The translations under genes were made by a program, and so were the position numbers. 64,000 nt of DNA from Octopus sinensis (Eukaryota). Under the pieces are notes generated by a model. It saw only the letters and a list, made by a program, of their open reading frames with translations. It was not told the DNA's origin and searched no databases. The DNA is taken from positions 66,588,001-66,652,000 of the forward strand of contig NC_043007.1 of assembly GCF_006345805.1 (NCBI RefSeq), written 5' to 3'. This document shows, one piece after another, positions 53,148-64,000 of this stretch (position 1 is its first letter; each line of letters begins with the position of its first letter).

Positions 53148-53310
53148 CGACTGGTCTCTGTCAGTTTCCGTCTACTAAATCCACTCACAAGGCTTTTGTC
53201 GGCCCGAGGCCATAGTAGAAGACACTTTCCCGAGGTGTCACGCAATAAGGCTGAACTCGGAACCATGTGATTGGGAAGCAAGCTTCTTAACAGACAGCCA
53301 CGCCTGCGTC
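52865..53310 (-). mobile_element. SINE family A
   Basis: Homology to 412-812. Confidence 0.87.
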
Positions 53311-53519
53311 TATATCTATATATATTTTAAAGATAAAATGGATAAAGTTCCTTCCCAAGTCATTTAGACTCATAGGACCGGTTTTCCGGTTTCCATGGAC
53401 GGTCAGTCACATGATTACTCATTTTTGCCAGATGAGTCGACTGGAATAACGTGAAATGAAGATCAGAACGACTAAGCCACGCACTTTCACTCTCTCTGTG
53501 TCCGTGTGTGTGTGTGTGT

Positions 53520-53564
<45 letters not shown>

Positions 53565-53869
53565 GTTCGTGTACATTCAGATGTAGGAAAACCTTTAAAT
53601 GTGAAACATACATTCATACATACATATATGCATACATGCATAGAAACATACATGTATACATACATTTATACATACATGCATGCATACATACATTTATACA
53701 TACATGCATGCATACACGGACATACATACAGGACATGTAAGAAAATGTAGTCAATAAAAGACGGTATGTTAAAGGCTGGATTGCACGTGAACATGTGGTC
53801 ATAGGTCTTCTTGACATGATTGACTTGGGGTTGTACAACAACATCGATGCCACAGCTAACAGCTTGTAG

Positions 53870-54082
53870 CAAAATCACCACAACCATCACGCTATACAAC
53901 CACCACACTACACAACCACCGCACTACACAACCACCGTTACTGCCACCCTGTCGATCATCTGCTGCACCACAACAACCACCACCCGACCATACTATTAAT
54001 ACCATCTCTGCCACCCGAGCCACAACGAACACCCAACTCTTACTACTAATACTAATACTACTAGTATTACTACTACTACTAC

Positions 54083-54148
<66 letters not shown>

Positions 54149-54490
54149 GAAAAGAAGAAGAAGAAGAAGAAGAAGAAGAAGAAGAAGAAGAATACCGACC
54201 CAGTTTCACTATACCATCACCGCTGCCATATCAGTACCATCACTACCAACACCATCACCACCAATACCATCACCACCAACACCACCATCACCAACACCAC
54301 CATCACCACCACCGCTCCTACCATAATCACCACCATCTCTTCTACTTCAAACAATTCCACAACAACCACCAACTCCACCACAGCCACAATCATCATCTCT
54401 ATGGCTACCACTACTAGCGCCACTGCCATCATCATCATAACTACCACAATTAAGTTTGATACTACTACCACTACTACCATTAATCTCCCC
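53870..54490. repeat. Compound (CAC/TAC/TAA/GAA)n low-complexity tract
   Basis: Direct reading. Confidence 0.9.
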
Positions 54491-55140
54491 AACCCCGTTA
54501 CACTTCTTTTTTCCACCCACCCATCGCTAGATCAATCTAATTAATTGCAAAGTGAAACCAATGAGGCAAGATACTCTGGGGACAATTATGCAAGTTCCAA
54601 CACAACCGTGGTTTTCTCTCCGTATCAATGTCTGTCTACCTGCCTGTCTATTTGTCTATTTGTTCGTCTGTCTGAAAGTCATTCTGCCTATCTGTCTATC
54701 TGCTGTTTTTATCTCTGAGTTCAAATTCCGCCGATGTCGACTTTGCCTTTCATCCTTTCGGGGTCGATAAATTAAGTACCAGTTACGCACTGGGGTAGAT
54801 GTAATCTACTTAATCCGTTTGTCTGTCCTTGTATGTCCCCTCTGTGTTTAGCCCCTTGAGGGCAGTAAAGAAACATATAAAGAAAAATATAATTAAAAAT
54901 ATCAGACATACTTCATTTTAAGTACCAGATGAGCACTGGTATCAATGTAATTAACTTCCCTCGCACGACAAGATTGCTGGCCTTGTTACAAAATCAGAAA
55001 GAATTATCAAAGTTCACGGTATGATATTTAACAAGATGAAAGTACGTTTATATGAAGAATAAGAGATTTGTGTTTTGCACTTACCTGTTCGAACTTATCT
55101 CTCTACCTACCTACATTCATACACACATTCATATGCATGC

Positions 55141-55219
<79 letters not shown>

Positions 55220-55244
55220 TATATATATATATGCATACATACTT

Positions 55245-55650
55245 TATCCAGATTACAAGTTCAGGTTTATACCTGTAATTTGGAGGGCACTGGAATATGC
55301 AACAAACTACCTTAATACAAATCTTGAGAAATTAGTCTTCTCAAAACCAGAAAAGAGAAAGCTGATTCGAAGACTGAAGATCCAAGCCATCACTGGTACT
55401 ATAAAAATCTGTGAAGCTTTTCAGAAGTTTATCATTTAAGTATATATGAGCATGTCTAGACAAGCGACTATATGCATAAGAATACATACATAAAACAAAA
55501 TATACGAACCTGAACATATAGATACATTCATACAGAAAATACCCAGTTGATGTTGTTGAAATTCCAATGAAGGAGCCTTGGATCTAGGTTAGAAACAAGC
55601 TCTTTCTCCATTGGCAAGAAATCTTGAAATAAAACTGAATAATGACATAA
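55245..55650 (+). pseudogene. R4/Dong-like LINE 3' end (ORF C-terminus plus 3' UTR)
   Basis: LYPDYKFRFIPVI..NLEKL.FSKPEKRKLIRRLKIQAITGTIKIC..FQKFII*; UTR ttggatctaggttagaaac. Confidence 0.78.
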
Positions 55651-56061
55651 ACACTCATGTACATGCATATATACATATTTACGTACGTACGTACGTACAT
55701 ACATGATGATGATGCTGATAATATTGATAATCATGACGATCATGATGATTACGATGTTCATCATGATGATTGCTTCATTTTGTCGGATGATAGCAGTCTC
55801 ACATTCAGTCTGATTGTTCTGGTTTACTCTCATCAGACCAAGAAATTAAATGACAGTTGAACATCTGTACGTCACCGGATTTAAGTGACAAAAGCTCGTA
55901 AAACACTTTGCCACTCTCTCAGGTTTATTTACATACATATATACACACATACGAGCATATATACATACATGCATACATAATACATACATATAATACATAC
56001 ATACATACGTACATACATACATACACATATTTAAACATACATACGTACAATCATAAATACC

Positions 56062-56107
<46 letters not shown>

Positions 56108-56787
56108 GGTATATACATACGTACCTACCTACATACATACATATATATACATAGGTATATACATACGTACCTACCTACATACATACATATATATACATAT
56201 ACACACATATATACATACACATACATGCATGCATAAACATATAATACATACATGCATACATACACACATGCATGCATACATACACACACACACACACATA
56301 CATACATACATACATACATACATACATACATACACACATACATACATAGTGATTACGTCATCTTCACAGATAATTGCTGTCTCCTTTTGCTTCTTCGTTG
56401 TCAATGGCATTACCGACTTTCCGTCCATGACCTCTCAGATTGCTATGGAGTTGCACTGCAGACCTGCATGCCTGTGCGGTTCCAGTTGCTTAGATTTGCA
56501 CACGTCGCGACTCTTCGATCGCCACAGGACTTACAGGAGATGGAATGACAAACAAGGTCACCACAAAGAGACATCTGTATGTCATTAGATTACAGTGATA
56601 AACGCTTGTACAACACGAATGCCACTTTCTGATTTTCTGTGATTAGTGTCTATTAACAGGCCGAAGCGAGATAACCAGAAATCACGTGAAACGCACACAT
56701 ATACGTACATGCACGTACATACATACATACATACATACATACATACATACATACATACATACATACCTAGATTACAAATTTACATTT

Positions 56788-57190
56788 TAGGCGCAGGAGT
56801 GGCTGTGTGGTAAGTAGCTTGCTAACCAACCACATGGTTCTGGGTTCAGTCCCACTGCGTGGCATCTTGGGCAAGTGTCTTCTGCTATATCCCCGGGCCG
56901 ATCAATGCCCTTTGAGTGGATTTGATAGACGGAAACTGAAAGAAGCCTGTCGTATATATGTATATATATATATAAGTGTGTGTGTCTGTGTTTGTTCCCC
57001 TAGCATTGCTTGACAACCGATGCTGGTGTCTTTACGTCCCCGTCACTTAGCGGTTCGGCAAAAGAGACCGATTGAATAAGTACTGGGCTTACAAAGAATA
57101 AGTCCCGGGGTCGATTTGCTCGACTAAAGGCGGTGCTCCAGCATGGCCGCAGTCAAATGACTGAAACAAGTAAAAGAGTAAAAGAGTATA
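56788..57190 (+). mobile_element. SINE family A, full length, young
   Basis: Near-exact reverse complement of 4395-4812. Confidence 0.92.
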
Positions 57191-57574
57191 CCAATAATGA
57201 TTTGAGCACTTGCCTTTGTAAGTAAATGGCTAACCGTCAGTCTTGATAAGTTTGGATTTTTGGAAAAAAGAAATTAACCAACTGACTCGCACGTTACAAA
57301 TACAATCTAGATGTGGAACAGTAAAATTATGCAAGACCTTTCTCAGGTTAAAAATGTGACATTGTTTTCGAAATCTACGGTTCAATGGTGGAGCTTTGTA
57401 TCTTTGTTAGAAAGCAGCTCCTTCTCCAGAGAATGAATTTAAATTATTAAAAACAGAAGACAAACATATACATACATAAATGCATGTATGTATACATACA
57501 TACGAACCTGCATACATTCATGCATACATACCTACATTATACTTACATACATACACACACATACATATATACAT

Positions 57575-57760
57575 GATAGATCGTTAGCCACTACACACAT
57601 TTTTTTCTCTCCTTGTTTCTTTCTGTGTTCCTTTCTGTGGAAAAGCGTAGGCTCGAAACGTAAAAGAGTTTTTCAATTCCCGAGCGTTATACTAATACAT
57701 CTGTTTGTTTTCTACACAACCTGTCTTCGTCTTTTGTTTTTTTTTTTCGTGAATTATCCC
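57575..57760 (+). mobile_element. Penelope-like repeat with hammerhead-like motif
   Basis: cttt-CTGTGGA-aaagc-gtag-gctc-GAAA-cgta-aaag at 57631-57666. Confidence 0.63.
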
Positions 57761-57989
57761 TACATACATACATACATACATACATACATACATACATACA
57801 TACATACATACATACGGAGTACTGGTGGAATGACCCTGTGAAAACCTCAGTAAGCTGTACACCTAATAGACCTGACATAGTAATTTAAGATGGAAGGTAC
57901 AGTTGTGTAAATCAGCTCCGCAGTGGACATTAACATAAAGCTAAAGATGAGGGGAAAAGAAAATACCTACGCTGAACTATTAAAGAATC

Positions 57990-58450
57990 TGCAGTTACTC
58001 TATTCAGATTACAAGTTCAGGTTTATACCTGTAATTATTGGGCACTGACCAAATGCCAATCTTGAGAAATTAGGCTTCTCAAAACCAGAGAGGCGACAGC
58101 TGATTCGAAGACCACCGATCCAAGCCATCACTGGAACTGTAAAAATCTGGAAAGCTTTCCAGAAGTTTATCATTTAAGTATATATCAGCATGTCTAGATA
58201 TGCAGCTATATGTATGAGAAACAAAACATACAAATCTGCACTATACATACATACATACACACATACATGCATGTATGTATGTATGTATGTATGTATGTAT
58301 GTATGTATGTATGTATGTATGTATGTATGTATGTATGCATGTATGCATGCATCCATACATTCATTCATACACACCCTGGTGATGCTAAAATTCCAGTAAA
58401 GGAGACTTGGATCTAGGTTAGAAACCTGCTCTTTCCCTATTGGCAAAAAA
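57990..58450 (+). pseudogene. R4/Dong-like LINE 3' end, another copy, with (TATG)n in the UTR
   Basis: Homologous to 55245-55650. Confidence 0.78.
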
Positions 58451-58712
58451 ACACATTGGGACTGAATCCGGAATCTTGTGGCTGAGAAGCAAACATCTTA
58501 CGAAGCACAAATTATATTTTATCCCTGCTTTGCTTTTAAGGATTAGACTTTCACTATCTTTTTTCTTTTTTTCTTGTTTTCTTTTTTCTAGGTTTTATCA
58601 GTGCTTAGATTTTATATTTGGATGCAGGTCGTTCACTCACCTTAATTCAATGCAAGTCACATCATAATGTCTTAAAATAAGGAAGGACATACTGCATAAT
58701 GTAATTCTAGAA

Positions 58713-58752
<40 letters not shown>

Positions 58753-58829
58753 GGATTGATCACAACTAGAACATCTTTGACTTCATTAGTCCGCTTTAAA
58801 GCGGAGCTAAACAACAAAGGCACAACAAG

Positions 58830-59140
58830 ACTGGTACTCCGTCAGTTATGACGATGAGTGTTCTAGTTGATCCGTTCAACGGAACAGCCTGCTCGTGAAA
58901 TTAACGTGTAAGTGGCTGAGAACTCCACAGACATGTGTGCTCTTAATGTAGTTCTTAGGGAGATTCATCGTGACACGGAATGTGACAAGACTGACTCTCT
59001 ATGTATTTTTTGCCAGTTGGGTGGACTAGAGCAATGTGAAATACAGTGTCTTACTTCAAGGGCACAACGCGCTGCCAAGCATCGAACTGACGACCTTACG
59101 ATCGTGTGCCGAATACCCTAACCAGAAAGCCACGTGCCTT
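58830..59140 (-). mobile_element. SINE family C
   Basis: Reverse complement of 1860-2172. Confidence 0.8.
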
Positions 59141-60569
59141 CACTATAGCACAACAACAACCACCACCACAACAACAACAACAGCAGCAGCAACAGTAACA
59201 GCTAGCCAGCGGTTAGTGGAATGAACCATGAAGATCCATTTCGGTTATGCACACGGCGCAGAGATAAATAGTGTAACAGCTATTGATTACTTCAACTGCC
59301 GTGTCCCAGTCTTATAAGGCTCTGTCTCTTCCCACGTAAGCTATACACACGGCCTTTGTACATATATACAAAGCCACACTTTTCCGCATTTACATATACA
59401 AAATATATTTACACATATGCAAAATATATTTACACATATACAATTGTGTTTACACATATACATTTATATTTGCACATCAAGATCTATTTACAACACGCCA
59501 CTCACATACATACATACGCACACAGAAATACACACACATGCACAAACAAACCAGTAATGGTTTTGCATTTTCTCGTGGGTAAATGTGTTATCAGGAGGGC
59601 CCTCCCCTGTGCACCTATGCACACTTTGTTAGAAACAGGTGCACACCTATGTAAATAGAATATGGTGCAGCAAGCATGCATGTTTAACTGCACGCACGAG
59701 CATGCACGGAAAGGTATCGACGCGTATCTATGCAGATACATACACATACACGTACACATAGAAATCTCTAAATACAGATACATATTTACACACAAGACTA
59801 CGTGCACACAAACACACACACACACACACAGAGGCACACACGCTCACACACACACACACATGCACATCCACACTCATATACAGAACACGTCTCTCTCTTT
59901 CTCTCACTCTCTCTCTCACACACACACACACAATACGATCTCACACATACACACACAACTTACACTAAAATATATACGGACACATAAACCCAATCCTCTC
60001 TCCACACACAAACATTCACGTACATACACACACACACACACATACACACACGCGCACACACATTGGTAAATACATACAAACAACACATAAATACATGCGG
60101 ACACAACATACATCTACACATAGAAAAATATATAGGCACATACACACGTACAAACACATACACAGAAAAAAAAACACACACACACACACACACAAACGCA
60201 CAAAGCGTGTATCCATTTATGCTACTCATAAATGGATATATGCGCCCAGAAATACATATACATAAATACATAAACGCAAAGTGTACGTTGTCACACATGC
60301 AAACAACACACACAAAAATCTTCATGCATACATACCCAAACATGTATACATACACACAGAATATATGCTATCAAACCTATACACATCGTTTTAATCGTCT
60401 CGCTCGCTGTCCATCAAAGACCGTTAATGGCTCACTGTTTGCACAAGTCAAACGTCATTGACACATCATCTATGTACGCTTGTTCGCTCATAAATGCACG
60501 TTGGTGTGTATGATATGCGTATACATGATTACGTACATACCTGTATATGTATATATATAAAGAGAGGGA

Positions 60570-60868
60570 GGTGGAGAGATAGATTGATGCATACATACGC
60601 GCGCACGCATACATACATACGTACATACATACATACATACATACATACATACATACATGCAGGCATCATACATGCATACTTACATGCATGCAGGTATCAT
60701 ACATACATATATACGTATATACATACATACATACATACATACATACATACATACATACATACATACATACATACATACATACATACACACAGGTATGCAT
60801 ATATACATACCTGTATATATATGCATATATATATATATATATACGTATGTATGTATGTATAGATATAC

Positions 60869-60912
<44 letters not shown>

Positions 60913-61054
60913 GTCTATGTATATACATATATGTATATACATATATATATGTATATATTATATATATATATATACATATATATATGTATATATATATATA
61001 TATATGAATATGTATATATATATATGTATTATAAATATATATACGTATACATAC

Positions 61055-61085
<31 letters not shown>

Positions 61086-61165
61086 AACACATACACTGAG
61101 CGTGCGCAAGAGAGGGAGAGAGAAAGAGAGGTGTATACATACATACATACATACATGCATACATA
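60570..61165. repeat. (TACA)n/(TA)n microsatellite
   Basis: Direct reading. Confidence 0.93.
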
Positions 61166-61179
61166 AATACATAGACGTT

Positions 61180-62375
61180 AAAACCCAGAAGATACTGACA
61201 TCAATTGGAAATCTCCACAGAAATAGGGATATCGGCAGACTCTACGTAATAAGGAGGTAGAGGCTTGGGGTCAGTTCTGACAGCCTTTGAATGTCGCATA
61301 GTCTCTCTCAGACAGTACTTGCTAAAGAACAGCAGCAAAATAGATACATCAATTTAGTGCTGAACAGTGAGGAGAGCAATATCTTACGTGTTAGGAGTGA
61401 GCGCCTCAGGAAGAACTCTCTTCCTGACCTGCCAAAGAACCCCTATTCAGCGGGACTAGCTTACCTCGAAGAAGACCTGGAGAGGAAACGTCCAGCATAC
61501 CAAAAAATTATTATGCATGGGTATGTTTACCAAATACTTGAAGAAGACTATTAATATCGACATGAAATGAAGCATCCCTTGGACTCGTAACTGTTATATT
61601 GCATCACATTTCGAAGGCTACGTATTTGCAATCCAAGAATATGAGATTGCTACGAAATACCTAATAAACAAAAGAGAGTGAAACCCTTGGAGTTCCAAGT
61701 TCAACCGAAAATGTATATTATGTCATATTTCTGTAGGAGACATCACACATGGGATTTGCAGCTACCAAAAAATCTCACAAAGGTACCACTTCCCTGTGCG
61801 ACACGACGTTGTCGCAAAGACAATATACAATGCCAGCCAGAAAAAAAGACTGTCTTGGAATACATACTGAGAATTCCCCTGTTATTGAATACGTACGCAA
61901 ATGCAATACAAAGAATACTGGAGGAACATTCCTATCAAAGTTTCTGTTAAATGTAAATATAACAGGCAGGATATTGTTGTTTGGGACAGACAGGAAAAAG
62001 TATGTACCTTTATGGAGGTCAACTGTTCCGCTGATGCGAATATCACTTGAAAAATTAAAGAGAAAGAGGATAACTATGGACAACTGCTTGGACACCTCCA
62101 GCTTCTATATCCAGATTATAAATTCACATTTATGCCAATAATAATTGGTGCACATGGTTTTGTGAGTAAATGCCTAAGTAACAATTTAGACATGCTAGGG
62201 TTTTCAGGGAAAAAAATCAACCAGCTAATTCATAGATTACTAATACAGTCTGTAAGTGGAGCAGTAAAAGTATGAGCGGATTTTCTCATGTTTCAAATGT
62301 GTTACTTTTAATCTAAATTGTAGTGATGGAACTTTGTTAGAAACCAGCTTCTACCTGAGAGCAATAATTTAAATA
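61180..62375 (+). pseudogene. R4/Dong-like RLE LINE, 3' 1.2 kb (CCHC knuckle and restriction-like endonuclease), degenerate
   Basis: SHFEGYVFAIQEYEIATKYL, CILCH..DITH, RHDVVAK, NRQDIVVWD..EV, KEDNYGQL..LQLLYPDYKFTFMPIIIGAHG. Confidence 0.85.
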
Positions 62376-62739
62376 ATCATAAACAGAAGTGAACATGCAT
62401 GCACACAAAAGTATGTATACATACATTCATACATGTGAATGTTTTATGTGTATACATGCGTATACATGCGTATATATATATATACCTGTGCATGCATGAG
62501 TGTACGTACAGGCGCATGTACACACACACGCACATACATATATATACCCACACACATGCATACAAACATACATACATACATACATAATACATACATACAT
62601 ACATACATACATACATACATACATACATACATACATACATACATACATACATACATACATGCATACATACATACATATAGCGATATTAATGTCTTCTGGG
62701 TTTTAAGAAATATATACAATGAACTGAGATGACACAGTT

Positions 62740-63082
62740 GTGTTAATAATTAAATGACAATAAAAAAGATTAATTAATATCAATATTTTAAAAAGATGAA
62801 AAACGTTCAATGGATTAATCGCGCTTGATATAAGAAGGACTATCAGTTTCTGGAAGTTACTTCGCAAAGAGTTATCTCCTTTCTCCATGTAACCCAAGAA
62901 AGGGTATTTTCTTCTCCCAGAGGGCCCGTTACTCATTATGCGAAAAATTTTAAGAGTCTAAAACCATCTCTGGAACATAAGTAATGTATGCTCCCAGTTT
63001 GGAGAAAATCAGTTTTTGAACTTCAGAAGTTATACGGATTTACACACACACACACACAACCTGACTTTTATATATATATATT
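62740..63082 (+). mobile_element. Probable non-autonomous Helitron-type (Lep1/HINE-like) 3' end
   Basis: cagtttggagaaaatcag...gaagttatacgga-(ca)n-ctgacttttatatatata pattern; recognised from memory only. Confidence 0.4.
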
Positions 63083-63237
63083 TTACAAGCTTAGAGATTC
63101 ACTGTTCCAAAAGAGAATTATTTGTCGTTCTGCCCAAAGTTTATAAGTTCTTGTGATGTCATATATATATATATATATATGTGTATTATGTATGTATGTA
63201 TGTATGTGTATATAGATATATAGATGCATATATACAT

Positions 63238-63272
<35 letters not shown>

Positions 63273-63739
63273 TTTAGACACATTGATAGATAGATAGACG
63301 CATGCATGCATATATACATACAAACATACATACGCAAATGCATGCATGCACATACTAAAGTTTGCATGTGTGTGCGCGCGGGAGCGCGTGTGTGTGAATA
63401 TGTATAGCTGCATACATATACACAACCTCACAATCGTACCGTTTCTACGTACTTGAGGAGAAATTCTATCATAGCGTCCATGGCAACACAGGTCAACTGT
63501 TGTCATGGGGATACGTACGTCACCGTTGACAAGTAATCAATAGCATTCTAAAATGGACACTGTCCTTCTGCTGCTGCCGTTGTTGTGATTGTAGTTCTGC
63601 TTCTTGATAATATTGTTGTCGTTGTTGTTGTTGTTGTCGTCGGTGGTGTGTGTGGGGGGGGGGTAGTTCGGTCGATAGTCTTCTTCCTCTCCTTCCTCTT
63701 CTCGTTTACTGATGATATATCTTCCTTTTGTCTTAAGTC

Positions 63740-63935
63740 TTCTATTTCAGTCATTGGATTGTGGCCCATGCTGGAACAGTTTCTTGAAGGATTTATTCGA
63801 GTAACTTATCATTTAAATCTGGTACTTATTCTATCAAACCTCTTTTGCCAATCTTTCAAGTTATGGTGGCGTAAAGAAACACCGGTTGTCAAATGGTGGT
63901 GGGAGACAAACACAACGCAGACACACAAACACACA
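63740..63935 (-). mobile_element. Degenerate SINE family A tail
   Basis: tttcagtcattggattgtggcccatgctgga...ggttgtcaaatggtggtgggagacaaacac. Confidence 0.75.
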
Positions 63936-64000
63936 CACATACGCACACACACACTCATATAAACGTATGTATATGTGTTTGTATGTATATATATATATAT

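Noticed and set aside
59279-63544. Shared 14-mer gctattgattactt at 59279(+) and 63531(-)
   Set aside because: One AT-rich 14-mer match is plausible by chance in a window this size.

Overview
AT-rich, microsatellite-dense eukaryotic intronic or intergenic DNA. The SINE repertoire and (TACA)n/(TA)n landscape look like an octopus (Octopodidae) genome; this is inferred from recognised repeats, not from a search. No intact protein-coding gene can be supported, and almost all ORFs in the track are microsatellite artefacts. The window holds dozens of tRNA-derived SINEs of at least 4 families, three mariner relics (one full length with both TIRs), Tc1 and hAT remnants, LINE relics of several clades (L1/Tx1, RTE, CR1/L2, R4/Dong-like, HERO-like), a probable Helitron-type end and a 100-N gap. 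Most notable: dispersed ~200 bp Penelope-like repeats carrying minimal hammerhead-ribozyme motifs, some with a non-canonical core; fold-back hairpins in TA tracts; a dimeric SINE whose extra module is GT..AG bounded; SINE head/tail swapping; a SINE inserted exactly on a transposase start codon; and a few weak candidate exons in unique CpG-containing islands. Most repeat boundaries are approximate.
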